A stretch of 64,000 nt of DNA from Candidatus Micrarchaeia archaeon (GCA_038871515.1 JAVZHX010000001.1:477697-541696), one strand, 5' to 3'. Shown: positions 51,252 to 61,112, counted from the stretch's first letter. Made by a program: numbers and translations. The notes: a model not told the origin generated them from the sequence alone.

Positions 51252-51908
51252 ATGGAGCAGTGCTACATCTGCAGGAAGGAGTTCGACCCAATTCTCGGCG
51301 TATTTTTTGATAATAAGTGGTTCTGCAGAGAGTGCTCCATCCAATACGCTCAGTTTGAAGCTTGCTCAAGGTGCAGGAGGAAAGTGGCGAGATGGGAGTA
51401 CGTGGAGCATGATGGGAAAATCTACTGCAATGATTGTTATGAGAAGGTGCTTGTTGAGGAGAGGCTTGCGAGGACGTGTGCAGTATGCAAGAAGGAGATA
51501 GTCGGTCCTTCAGTGATAAACCCAGAGGGGAAGAAGGTTTGCATGGAGTGCTACAGGAAGATGAATCTGAAGCCGTTTGGTGTTAGAATTGCAGTGTGCA
51601 GAGGGTGTGGTAAAAACTTCCCAGAACCAGAAGCAGTTTACGTGAAAAACAAGCCAGTCTGCGGAGAATGTGTCCAGAAGTTTCTGAAGGAGAGAGCGTT
51701 TGTCGCATGCTCAAACTGTGGTTCAAAAATATATGAAAAACCATTGAAAATAGATGGAAAGCCCGTCTGCCCAAAATGTTATGCGAAGCTTGTTGAAAAG
51801 GAGGAGAGATGTGCTGTTTGTGGAAAGAGGATACGCGCAATTAAATTTGTCAGAAGAGACGGTGCGATACTCTGCCTGGATTGCTCCAAGAAGTCACAGT
51901 CTCCTTAG
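51252..51908 (+). CDS. Protein of six tandem CxxC..CxxC LIM/treble-clef-like zinc fingers
   Basis: CYIC/CREC, CSRC/CNDC, CAVC/CMEC, CRGC/CGEC, CSNC/CPKC, CAVC/CLDC. Confidence 0.8.
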   Translation: MEQCYICRKEFDPILGVFFDNKWFCRECSIQYAQFEACSRCRRKVARWEYVEHDGKIYCNDCYEKVLVEERLARTCAVCKKEIVGPSVINPEGKKVCMECYRKMNLKPFGVRIAVCRGCGKNFPEPEAVYVKNKPVCGECVQKFLKERAFVACSNCGSKIYEKPLKIDGKPVCPKCYAKLVEKEERCAVCGKRIRAIKFVRRDGAILCLDCSKKSQSP

Positions 51909-52202
51909 CAACTCCTTCAGGTATTTTTTTGCTTTCTCCAGCTCCGCCTCTCCCTTCTTTGTGATTCTGTAGTACTTTCTTCTCCCCTCAAACTCAGAGG
52001 TTATCAAACCTTCATTCTCAAGTTTGTATAGAACAACATAGCTTGTTATTAAACCATGGCTCCAGCCAAATTCCTTCTCTATTTCCTTTCTTAAACCATA
52101 CGCATACACTCTGCCTTTTCTCAGTTTTGAAAGAATGTACAGCCACAGGTTTCCTTTTGTGAGGGTTCTCCTCAACCTCTGCATTGGTTTGCTTTCTTCC
52201 AT
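51894..52202 (-). CDS. PadR-family transcriptional regulator
   Basis: YAYGL..EI, Y.VLYKLE.EGLI, RKYYRITKKG. Confidence 0.92.
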   Translation of the reverse strand: MEESKPMQRLRRTLTKGNLWLYILSKLRKGRVYAYGLRKEIEKEFGWSHGLITSYVVLYKLENEGLITSEFEGRRKYYRITKKGEAELEKAKKYLKELLRRL

Positions 52203-52275
52203 AAATTAATATGAACAAGGTTTAAATATATATAAGTTTAAAATATTTATACAAAATTAAAATAGTGGTGGTCGC

Positions 52276-54750
52276 TTGAGCAGAAAAATAAGAGTTGCTT
52301 TAGTAGGAGTTGGAAATTGCTCATCCTTCCTTGTTCAATCAATTGAGTATTACAGAAACAGGAAGGAGAGGGAGATACCTGGGATTATGCATGTTGTGCT
52401 TGGTGGGTATAGAATTGATGATATTGAGTTTGTTGCCGCGTTTGACGTTGATAAAAGAAAGGTTGGGAAGGATTTGAGCAAGGCAATCTTTCAGGAGCCG
52501 AATAATGCGGTGAAGCTTGCGGATGTTCCAAAGTTAGGGGTGACTGTTGAAAAGGGACCTGTGCTTGATGGAATTGGCGAGTATTTGAGAAAGTTCGTCG
52601 CAGTTGATTCAAACCAGAAACCAGCTAACGTTGGAGACATATTAAAAGAATCCAAAGCGCAGGTTGTTGTGAACTACCTTCCAGTTGGCTCGTATGATGC
52701 GTCAAGGTATTACGCGCAGGAAGCTTTGAATGCGGGATGCGGTTTCATAAACGCAATACCTGAGTTTCTTGCTTCAGGAGACTTTGCAAAGAAGTTTGAG
52801 GAGAGGAAACTGCCAATTTTGGGAGATGATATAAAGGGGCAGCTTGGAGCGTCAATACTTTCAAGGACGCTTGCAAGGTTGTTCAAGGATAGGGGAACTG
52901 CTTTAGACAGAATGTATCAACTGAATTTTGGTGGAAATAGCGTAACTGGCGACCAAAACATCCTCCTTAAGGTAGATGGGATTACAAAAAAGGTAAAGAT
53001 TGGCGAGTTTATCGATGAACTGATGAACAAATATCCAATTGAACTAAAAGGAGACAAAGAAGTTTTAAACACGAGCCACTTACCCTACATAATAGAATGC
53101 TTCACGGTAGACGAAAACTTCAAAACAACTACCTCGAGAGTTGATGCGCTAATCAGACACAAAATCAAGGAAGCCCTATTTGAGATAACACTAGTCGGAG
53201 GGGCGAAAATTAAGATTACTGGCGACCACAACCTTTTCGTGCTTGATGACGAGGGTCACTTGAAGAATATTCCAGTGCATGCTATCAAAGTACGAGATAC
53301 GTGCATTGCGATTCCCGCATCTCTCCCCAACGAGAATAAGGGAACCTCGAAAATTAAACTACGCACATCTAAAACACCATACAAATTGAAAGGTGTTGAC
53401 AGTAATGGTTTTCTAATTTTTAATAGAAATTCTAGCACAAAAGTTCCATCGGAGTTACCATTGACGGAAGAACTTCTAAAGGTTGTTGGGCTGTGGCTTG
53501 CTGATGGCAATTACAGCAGAAGTAAAGGGGATATTGAAATTGCTTGCGGAAATGATGAAGAGTGTATGGAGGTTATTGATAAATTCGCCAACCAATTTAA
53601 TGTTAACTATGGAGTGAGGAGAAATGGTATTGCAGTCAGAATATTTTCAAAGCCTTTAGCCACAGTATTCAAGAATGATCTGGGGTTGTATGGAAACTGC
53701 TACAATAAACAATTTCCCGGATGGGCATTTAGCCTCCCAGCCAAGCAGCTTGGCTATCTTTTGAGCGGGTATATTAGTGGTGACGGCTCTGTTATCGGTA
53801 AGCAGGTTCGTTGGACTTCCGCGTCTCCCATACTCGTAGATGACGTAATAACCCTCCTACTTCATCTTGGGGTATACGCAACAAAATTTTCTGAGAGAAA
53901 TGGCGGGTATGGCTTCGGTAAACAAACCGGTTACGTACACCACGGCATTATCACATCAAAAAAGGAACTTGAAAAATTTGTCAAAAAAGTTGGATTTATC
54001 CAATCGCACAAAAACGACAGAGTAAAGAAAGTTATACGAAGGATAAAAGAAGAGAAAGTAGATATACCAAGGATAAAACTTTTTGATAAATTTGGTATAA
54101 AACCAAATGGCAAATTACATTCCACCATAGGAAAAAGGATCATCCTCTCCCAGTTGGATAAAGTCAAAGACGCAGATGTTAAGAAGAGAATACTAAGAAT
54201 CTGCGGGGGCGACTTAAAATTCGTTAGAGTGAAAAGGGTCAGAAAGCTTCCTATAAAAGAAAGGAACGTTTATGACATCAGCACAAAGCCATATGAGCGT
54301 TATATCTGTTCCAACGTATTGGTCCATAACACCGATTTTGTTAACTTGCTTGAGGAGAGCAGGCTGAAATACAAAAGAATAAGCAAAACAGAAACAGTTC
54401 AATCTGTTCTTGAAGAGAAGAGATTGGATGAGTATAATATAAAAATAGGGCCGAGCGATTACGTTCCATGGCTTGGGACGAGGAAGATTGCGCAGATGAG
54501 GTTTGAGGGCAGGAGTTTTGGTGATATACCGGTTTACCTTGATGTAAAATTGGATGTTGATGATAAATCGGTTTCTGCTGGAATAATGGTTGATGCAATA
54601 CGATGTTGTAGACTGGCGCTTGACAGAAAAATAGGAGGAGCGTTAATCTCACCTTCCGCATACTTCTTCAAGGTTCCTCCGGTGCAATACCCTGATTACG
54701 TTGCGAAGCAGATGCTTGAGGAGTTCATAGAGGGGAAAAGGGAGCGCTGA
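52276..54750 (+). CDS. ino1: Myo-inositol-1-phosphate synthase interrupted by an intein
   Basis: GVGNCSS, AAFDVD..KVG, NYLPVGS, GDDIKGQLGA, QLNFGGN|TDF, KRISKT, IGPSDYVPWL; spliced length 360 aa. Confidence 0.95.
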   Translation: MSRKIRVALVGVGNCSSFLVQSIEYYRNRKEREIPGIMHVVLGGYRIDDIEFVAAFDVDKRKVGKDLSKAIFQEPNNAVKLADVPKLGVTVEKGPVLDGIGEYLRKFVAVDSNQKPANVGDILKESKAQVVVNYLPVGSYDASRYYAQEALNAGCGFINAIPEFLASGDFAKKFEERKLPILGDDIKGQLGASILSRTLARLFKDRGTALDRMYQLNFGGNSVTGDQNILLKVDGITKKVKIGEFIDELMNKYPIELKGDKEVLNTSHLPYIIECFTVDENFKTTTSRVDALIRHKIKEALFEITLVGGAKIKITGDHNLFVLDDEGHLKNIPVHAIKVRDTCIAIPASLPNENKGTSKIKLRTSKTPYKLKGVDSNGFLIFNRNSSTKVPSELPLTEELLKVVGLWLADGNYSRSKGDIEIACGNDEECMEVIDKFANQFNVNYGVRRNGIAVRIFSKPLATVFKNDLGLYGNCYNKQFPGWAFSLPAKQLGYLLSGYISGDGSVIGKQVRWTSASPILVDDVITLLLHLGVYATKFSERNGGYGFGKQTGYVHHGIITSKKELEKFVKKVGFIQSHKNDRVKKVIRRIKEEKVDIPRIKLFDKFGIKPNGKLHSTIGKRIILSQLDKVKDADVKKRILRICGGDLKFVRVKRVRKLPIKERNVYDISTKPYERYICSNVLVHNTDFVNLLEESRLKYKRISKTETVQSVLEEKRLDEYNIKIGPSDYVPWLGTRKIAQMRFEGRSFGDIPVYLDVKLDVDDKSVSAGIMVDAIRCCRLALDRKIGGALISPSAYFFKVPPVQYPDYVAKQMLEEFIEGKRER
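52939..54330 (+). mobile_element. Intein (464 aa) with LAGLIDADG homing endonuclease
   Basis: Block A SVTGDQ, block B TGDH, VVGLWLADG and LLSGYISGDG motifs, block F VYDIST, block G LVHN followed by +1 Thr. Confidence 0.93.
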
Positions 54751-54798
54751 GAAACGAACTTATTAAATATATAGTTGAATATTTATATCGGTGTCAGG

Positions 54799-55479
54799 AT
54801 GAGGTTCGGTATCCCTAATCTTGCAGATTCTGTGGGTGAGCTGCCAGAGCGGAGCAACATACTTTTCATCACTCCTCCAAGGCCTGAGAAAAACCTTTTC
54901 ATAGCGCATTTTGTTAATGAAGGGTTGAATTCAAAGCAACCAGTGGTTTACATAACAACTGATATAGCGCCAGGCGATGTGGAGGCAAAAGCAAGTTCGT
55001 TAGGATGGAACTTTGCGGAGCATACAAACAAGGATTTGCTGTTTGTTGACTGCTACTCATGGGCTTTGGAGAGAAAGCCTGTTGAGAGGCAGGATATACG
55101 GGTGGCTGGCCCTTCATCGCTGGATGATTTATCACTAAGCATAAACCAGGCAGCATGTGAGGCGCATAGAACAAGCGGGATTGGAAGGGCAGTTTTCCAA
55201 AGCATTTCAACACTGCTCATCTACAACAGCCCGAATATTGTTTATAAATTCTGCCAGGTTATAGGAGCTCGTCTGAAAGCATGTGGAATGACAACTATTT
55301 TTGTTGTTGAGGAGGGAATGCACAGATCAGACGTGCTTGCGACGTTACAGCATATGATGGATGGAATTATAGAGGTTAAATTTGAGGATGGGAAGTGGTT
55401 TATGAGTTCCTCACAAATAAAAACAAGTGGAAGAGTTGAGGTGAGGATAACGCCAAGTGGAATTGAGGCGCTGGGGTAG
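54799..55479 (+). CDS. KaiC/RAD55-like protein with degenerate Walker motifs
   Basis: Walker A position reads TPPRPEKN; VYITTD, FVDCYS; Walker B position reads VFQSISTL; DGIIE. Confidence 0.8.
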   Translation: MRFGIPNLADSVGELPERSNILFITPPRPEKNLFIAHFVNEGLNSKQPVVYITTDIAPGDVEAKASSLGWNFAEHTNKDLLFVDCYSWALERKPVERQDIRVAGPSSLDDLSLSINQAACEAHRTSGIGRAVFQSISTLLIYNSPNIVYKFCQVIGARLKACGMTTIFVVEEGMHRSDVLATLQHMMDGIIEVKFEDGKWFMSSSQIKTSGRVEVRITPSGIEALG

Positions 55480-55484
55480 ATTGA

Positions 55485-56261
55485 ATGGGTGAGGAGGAAG
55501 GGGAGATAGATACTGTTGATTATTCAACTTCTTTTGCTAAGGCACCACCTTCTCCAGACGACTTGGTGAAAACCGGAATACCCGGGCTTGACTCAATGAT
55601 AGGAGGGGGTTTTGAAAGGAAAAGCGTTGTCATTGTTAGTGGGACAGCTGGCTCGGGAAAAACAATACTTGCGTTGCAGTTTCTCTATAATGGAGCTGTG
55701 CAGTTCAATGAGCCGGGCTTGTATATTACTTTCGAGGAGTCAAAAGAAAGTGTTTTTAAACATATGTTGAAGTTTGGGTGGGATTTTGAGGAGTTGGAGA
55801 GACAAAGAAAAATACTTGTGCTTGAGTACCCACCGCATGAGGTTGATAGATTCATTAGCGAAGGAGCGGTGATTGAGGATATGGTAAGAGAGTATGGAAT
55901 ACAGAGAGTTGTTATGGATTCAATTACGTCCTTTATGTTGTTGTACAGTGACGAGTACAGAAGGAGGCAGGTTTTTCTAAAAACAATGGAGCTTTTGAGG
56001 AAGTGGGAGTGCACAACTCTTTTGACTTCTGAAGCAACAGCAAGCGAAAGTGGGGAGCCAAAAGCGCGTTTTGGTGTGGAGTTCCTTGCAGATGCTCTCC
56101 TCTCAATTCACGTTATAAGGAGAGGAGGAACAAAATCGTTGGCGATTGAAGTGGTGAAGATGAGGGGAGTTGCCCATGAGATGAGGATAAATTTGATGAA
56201 AATAACGCCGAATGGAATAGAGGTTTACCCCTCCCAACCTGTTTTTGGAAGCGAGCCCTAG
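55485..56261 (+). CDS. Single-domain KaiC/RAD55-like ATPase
   Basis: TGIPGLD...GGG, GTAGSGKT, YITFEE, VVMDS, VKMRG. Confidence 0.92.
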   Translation: MGEEEGEIDTVDYSTSFAKAPPSPDDLVKTGIPGLDSMIGGGFERKSVVIVSGTAGSGKTILALQFLYNGAVQFNEPGLYITFEESKESVFKHMLKFGWDFEELERQRKILVLEYPPHEVDRFISEGAVIEDMVREYGIQRVVMDSITSFMLLYSDEYRRRQVFLKTMELLRKWECTTLLTSEATASESGEPKARFGVEFLADALLSIHVIRRGGTKSLAIEVVKMRGVAHEMRINLMKITPNGIEVYPSQPVFGSEP

Positions 56262-56296
56262 CATAGTTTTTAATTATCTGAACTCAATACAATTTC

Positions 56297-58486
56297 ATGA
56301 AAGGGCAGGCTGCAGTTGAGTTGTTAATTGTCGCATCTCTAATGATGTTTGTGCTCTTTCTACTTTTTCAGTTTGGAGAAACAAATATAACGCAGAGCAC
56401 ATCTATCGCTCAACTTTCAGAGGCACGCAACACTGTTGACAAGCTTGCAGAAGCAGCAACTGAGGTTCATAATGAAGGGGTTGGAGCGAGAAGAAGAGTT
56501 TACATAACAATACCGGATAGAGTTGATTCATCAAGAGTGATTATTGAAAACAGCACAATCACGATTGGTGTGTATGCGGGGGATGGAGTAACTGATGTAA
56601 GTTCAAGAGTGAATTTTCCTGTTAGAATGGGAGGTAATTTCCCAACAACTCCAGGAAGCTACTGGGTTTGGGTAGTAGGTAGAGAGGGCTATATCCAAAT
56701 TGGTAGCACACTTGAGGTGCAACCGATGAATGTATATGTAGAGCTTTTCCCAAGCAACTCAACAAACCTAAGTATCCAATTTACTAACTACGGAAATTCT
56801 GATGCGAACGTTACTCTCTCACTTTTCTGGGAAGATCCTGAAACAAATGCGAGTATAAACGGAACAGCTCAGCTGAGCTTCATCCTTTCCCCTGGAGTTT
56901 CAAATTTACAGAAAATAAACCTAAATGCAACTGCTTATCTGAATGCATCAACTGGCTTGCACAGCGGTTATTTGTGGATGACAACGAATGTTTCAGATGA
57001 GGAGCTGATACCTGTTGTTATAAATGTTGTTCTGCCCCAGCAAACTGCTGGAGGAGTTTCATATCTTACAATTGCAACGTATAACAACAGCGCATACACA
57101 CTTCCTGATTTGATTTTCTTGCCTTCTGAATCTGTTTACTACGAGGTTAAATCATATAACTCAACAGATGGTTTGGTTAATTCAACAATCATTGTCAGAA
57201 TATACAACACCTACTCTGTGCTTGTGGATGAGGAGATTTATACTCCAAATTCTGGGACAGGTGTATACCGTGGTAGCTACACTATCCCTTCAGCTTCTTA
57301 CGCTGGTAGATGGAGTATATCCGTGCGCGATATTGGCGGCGCGAACACAAAATTATATTTCACAGTTGCTCCCCAGCAATTATATCAAACTACCCTTGGC
57401 ACAGCAACAGTAGACGTGCCGTTCACACCAAGCCAGAGAGCAATATGTCGAGATGGAAAGGGTTACGTCCATGTTGTTTGGCGCTATAACTCAACAAGCA
57501 TCGCATACGCAAGGTCTACTGATAACGGAGGAAGTTTTTCATTGAACACCACTTTCTTCGGTGCAACCTCTACTCCTTCATCCTCAAAAGGCTATCCTCA
57601 CATTTCATGTTATGGTGACACAGTGACAGTCAGCTACGTAGACGAATCGTATGATGATCTGGTGATTGGAATTTCAACCAATAATGGTGTATCATGGATG
57701 TGGAGTGCACCCATAACTTCTGGAACGTTTGTGTACTCATCAGCGGAGAGGAGTGGGAATAGAATATATGCGGTTTATGTGAACGACTCTGCTGATTATT
57801 CAATATTCTTCATCAATTCCACAGATGGAGGTAACACTTGGGGGACGCCAAAGAAGATATTTCCTGGTGCGGATTTTGGCCAATTCGGGTATGTCCATTA
57901 CGAATCTCCATCGCTTGCCGTGAGCGGTTCTGGAGATTCCTCCGATGTGATTTACGTTTCGGCAAAGGAGATAGACTATGACGGACAGAACACGTATACA
58001 AGTCTTGTATTTAATAAATCAACAGATGCTGGTGCAACCTGGGGGGCAGGCAAAACCATAATCAGTGGTGATTGCGGAGTGCCGAGCATAACAACAAATG
58101 GCAGTGCTGTTTTCATAACAACCAATAAATACGATTTAAAATCGGTTGTGGTTCTAAACACAAGTTGGGATGGTGGGGCAACTTGGTTAGGTGAAAACGT
58201 TTCTGACACCAATTTTAATTCATACTCACCAACTTCAACTCTCAACAGCACAATGCCGTTTATTGTTTGGGCAAACAGCACCTACTCTGGTGCATATCTT
58301 TTTTACAGAAACTACAATGGAAGCGGATGGGATAGTATAATCAAATACTCCCAGCAGGCAAACAATACATACCCAAATGCGAAGTGGAACTGTTCTTACA
58401 ACTGCGTGGAGTTTGTGCACAGAAATGGAACAACCTCTCCATATAACATACTCTACAATCAGATTGGAGCGTGCTCTCCCCCGTAA
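56297..58486 (+). CDS. Class III signal-peptide (type IV pilin-like) surface protein with Asp-box beta-propeller
   Basis: MKG|QAAVE followed by a hydrophobic helix; Asp-box repeats STDNGGSF, STNNGVSW, STDGGNTW, STDAGATW, SWDGGATW; many sequons. Confidence 0.82.
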   Translation: MKGQAAVELLIVASLMMFVLFLLFQFGETNITQSTSIAQLSEARNTVDKLAEAATEVHNEGVGARRRVYITIPDRVDSSRVIIENSTITIGVYAGDGVTDVSSRVNFPVRMGGNFPTTPGSYWVWVVGREGYIQIGSTLEVQPMNVYVELFPSNSTNLSIQFTNYGNSDANVTLSLFWEDPETNASINGTAQLSFILSPGVSNLQKINLNATAYLNASTGLHSGYLWMTTNVSDEELIPVVINVVLPQQTAGGVSYLTIATYNNSAYTLPDLIFLPSESVYYEVKSYNSTDGLVNSTIIVRIYNTYSVLVDEEIYTPNSGTGVYRGSYTIPSASYAGRWSISVRDIGGANTKLYFTVAPQQLYQTTLGTATVDVPFTPSQRAICRDGKGYVHVVWRYNSTSIAYARSTDNGGSFSLNTTFFGATSTPSSSKGYPHISCYGDTVTVSYVDESYDDLVIGISTNNGVSWMWSAPITSGTFVYSSAERSGNRIYAVYVNDSADYSIFFINSTDGGNTWGTPKKIFPGADFGQFGYVHYESPSLAVSGSGDSSDVIYVSAKEIDYDGQNTYTSLVFNKSTDAGATWGAGKTIISGDCGVPSITTNGSAVFITTNKYDLKSVVVLNTSWDGGATWLGENVSDTNFNSYSPTSTLNSTMPFIVWANSTYSGAYLFYRNYNGSGWDSIIKYSQQANNTYPNAKWNCSYNCVEFVHRNGTTSPYNILYNQIGACSPP
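56637..56667 (+). repeat. 31-bp exact direct repeat, copy 1
   Basis: ATTTCCCAACAACTCCAGGAAGCTACTGGGT, identical to 58870-58900. Confidence 0.9.
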
Positions 58487-58526
58487 TACGCAAAACAATT
58501 TAAATACAGAAATTCATCTCTAATCT

Positions 58527-59582
58527 ATGCGCAGGGGACAGGGAGCAACCGAGCTGCTTGTGTTGCTGGCTTTGGTCGCAGTTGTTGGTTTGGTTATTTA
58601 CTCCTCAAGCCAGTCAACGCTTGCCGAATCAAAGAAAGCATTCCTTCTCTCGCAAGCAAGAGCAACTGTGAATGATTTAGCAGGTGCTGCTTCTGAAGTT
58701 TATTCTGAGGGTGTTGGAGCAAGGAGAAGGGTTTATATTGTAATACCGGAGGGCACGGAGCCTTCAAGAGTTTATGTGAACAACACAATAATCAATATTG
58801 GAGTGAGAATAGATTCAACTGTAACTGATGTGAATACGCAGACAACAATGAAGGTTGTTCAGGGAAGCGATTTCCCAACAACTCCAGGAAGCTACTGGGT
58901 GCCCGTTACCGCAAGGGAGGGGTATGTTCTAATCGGCAACAAGTTCCTTGATGCCAACCCATCTTCAATTTCCGTTGAATTAATGCCATCCAACTCAACT
59001 GAGAGAGTAGTGCGTTTCAGCAATTTTGGTCACTCTCCGTTTAATGTAACCCTCTCTACCCAATGGGCGTATTCCGGAAGTGTTGATGTATCTCTCAACG
59101 TCACAAACCTAATTCTATCAGTTGGCGCTGCAAAAGATGTGCTTGTCAATTTCACAACTTACGCAAGCACTCAACTTGGTTCATACTCTGGGAGAATTGA
59201 CGTAACAACAAACACAACAGAATCAACAGAAATACCCATAACAGTAAATGTTGTTGGCACGCAGGTACCAACAGGAGTTTCATATATTGTCATAGAAACA
59301 TTCAAATACTCAAACTACACCGTGCCGACAACAAACTTCACAATACCAACAAATGTGGTTATAAATGGCTCTGACTGGACGCCTGGAGTTGTGACAATTG
59401 ATATAAAAGATTCATCAGGCAACTCTGTTTCAGGCTATCCAACAGAGGTGACAGCAAACAGCTCGGGTGGTTTCACCCATACCTGGAATCCTGCTGGAGC
59501 AGCAGTTGGGCAGTATACCGTAACAGCAAACCAATCCTCATCAAGCTCAACTGACTACTTTGAAATAACTGCTTGTCAGTAG
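58527..59582 (+). CDS. Class III signal-peptide (pilin-like) protein, paralogue of 56297-58486
   Basis: MRRG|QGATE followed by a hydrophobic helix; shares EGVGARRRVYI, FPTTPGSYWV and GVSY blocks with the upstream gene. Confidence 0.82.
   Translation: MRRGQGATELLVLLALVAVVGLVIYSSSQSTLAESKKAFLLSQARATVNDLAGAASEVYSEGVGARRRVYIVIPEGTEPSRVYVNNTIINIGVRIDSTVTDVNTQTTMKVVQGSDFPTTPGSYWVPVTAREGYVLIGNKFLDANPSSISVELMPSNSTERVVRFSNFGHSPFNVTLSTQWAYSGSVDVSLNVTNLILSVGAAKDVLVNFTTYASTQLGSYSGRIDVTTNTTESTEIPITVNVVGTQVPTGVSYIVIETFKYSNYTVPTTNFTIPTNVVINGSDWTPGVVTIDIKDSSGNSVSGYPTEVTANSSGGFTHTWNPAGAAVGQYTVTANQSSSSSTDYFEITACQ
58870..58900 (+). repeat. 31-bp exact direct repeat, copy 2
   Basis: Identical to 56637-56667. 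Confidence 0.9.
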
Positions 59583-59583
59583 A

Positions 59584-60660
59584 GTGCTTAATATGTTTGA
59601 GAGTTTTTCATTCGCAGTGAACATCCTTTTCATACTTCTCATGGGTTTTCTCACCTCATACGAGGATATGAGAAAAAACAGAATAAGCAATAAATACATA
59701 GGGCTTGCAGTTGCTGTTGCTTTTCTCACAAACGTTGTTGGCAGTCTTCTAGAGCCTGCGCCAGATGAAAGCAAGTTATTATATGTGCAAACAACGCTAA
59801 TCAATGCGTTCCTCTCCTTTCTAGTTGGCTTGCTTCTCTGGCGCTTGCGGATGTGGAGGGCGGGTGATGGAAAGCTATTCTTTGCTTATTCGTTTCTTCT
59901 GCCAATTTCTGCATATTACTATGGGTTCACCCCTTACTTCCCATCGTTTGCGATACTGATAAACTCCCTCATACCAGTTTTCATAATTCTGCTGTGGAAT
60001 GTTTGGGTTGCAACAAGCAGCTCTGAAAAGCTTGAAATTCTGAAAAGAACTCTGCATCTAAAAAGTATTCTTTACATGCTTCTCTCATTAATCAGTATGC
60101 AATGGTTAATCCTCATTCTATTCAGCTGGCTTTCAGTCGATGTAGCCAGTTCTGCGTATCTCGCGATGCTGTTACTGCTTATCTCAAGCAACAGCGTGCA
60201 GGAGCTGTTGTATGAAATTTCACCACCGCTTGTACTGCTTAGGCTGCTCCTTGACAGCCAATTTCTTTCTTACTCATTTCTAACTCAATCCTTACTTCCC
60301 TTTATTGTGTTTGTGATTGCGCTTGCTTTCATAACCAACCTTGCTTCATTCAGATTTAATGAAAGAGTCAAAATAACCCACCTGAAACCAAATATGTGCT
60401 GTGTTGACAGAATTGCTAGAAAAGGACGTTTCTACGAGAGGGTTGCAGCTGCCGGAAGTGCGCTGAAGCTGAACTACGATGCTCTTACAGAAGATGATAT
60501 AAAGAAGCTCAAGGAGATGAGCAGGAAGGGTAAGCTGAAGTTTGATGAAATTATTATACGGCAAACAATTCCATTTGCTCCTTTTCTATTTCTTGGCGTT
60601 CTGCTCACGCTTGTGCTGAAAGGAGATGTTATAACATACTTAAAGCTGCTTTTCTCGTAG
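59584..60660 (+). CDS. Prepilin peptidase (A24, long EppA-like type)
   Basis: TSYEDMRKNRISN (first Asp), WRAGDGKL (second Asp), C-terminal TIPFAPFLFLG. Confidence 0.85.
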   Translation: MLNMFESFSFAVNILFILLMGFLTSYEDMRKNRISNKYIGLAVAVAFLTNVVGSLLEPAPDESKLLYVQTTLINAFLSFLVGLLLWRLRMWRAGDGKLFFAYSFLLPISAYYYGFTPYFPSFAILINSLIPVFIILLWNVWVATSSSEKLEILKRTLHLKSILYMLLSLISMQWLILILFSWLSVDVASSAYLAMLLLLISSNSVQELLYEISPPLVLLRLLLDSQFLSYSFLTQSLLPFIVFVIALAFITNLASFRFNERVKITHLKPNMCCVDRIARKGRFYERVAAAGSALKLNYDALTEDDIKKLKEMSRKGKLKFDEIIIRQTIPFAPFLFLGVLLTLVLKGDVITYLKLLFS

Positions 60661-60701
60661 GATATTATTTTATTATTATATGAGCAATTAATATTGGTGA
60701 T

Positions 60702-61112
60702 ATGATGGCCAAACCACCTAAAAATATTCAGTATCAAAAAGACTGCGTTCTGTTCTCAATAAACCCAAAAATATACCCCTTGGAGGTTGTCCATGCAGCA
60801 GCGTACTCCTTAATAGATAGAGCGTATGTGATTCTTGATGGCAATCCAGAGGAAGAAATAATTGCTGAGCTGAGACCGAAAAATAAGAAAGAGATGAAGC
60901 AGATAGCAATGAAGTTCGGTGAGGAGCTGTTGAATTACGCGGTTTATTACAACCAAGCAAAGCTGAACAAGGAAGCCAGGGAGACAATACTCGGAAAAGT
61001 ATTCTCGGCAAACATCCAGCCAACAGCAGAAGCCGGTGTTGATGAAAAATGTGAAATTTCCGATCCGCTTGGAATTGCAAAGCCATGGACTCCGCCAAAG
61101 AAGAAAAGGTGA
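60702..61112 (+). CDS. hxsD: His-Xaa-Ser system protein HxsD-like
   Basis: INPKIYPLEVVHAAAYSLIDRAYV...ELRPK...FGEELL...RETIL; located upstream of an HxsB-type radical SAM gene. Confidence 0.78.
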   Translation: MMAKPPKNIQYQKDCVLFSINPKIYPLEVVHAAAYSLIDRAYVILDGNPEEEIIAELRPKNKKEMKQIAMKFGEELLNYAVYYNQAKLNKEARETILGKVFSANIQPTAEAGVDEKCEISDPLGIAKPWTPPKKKR

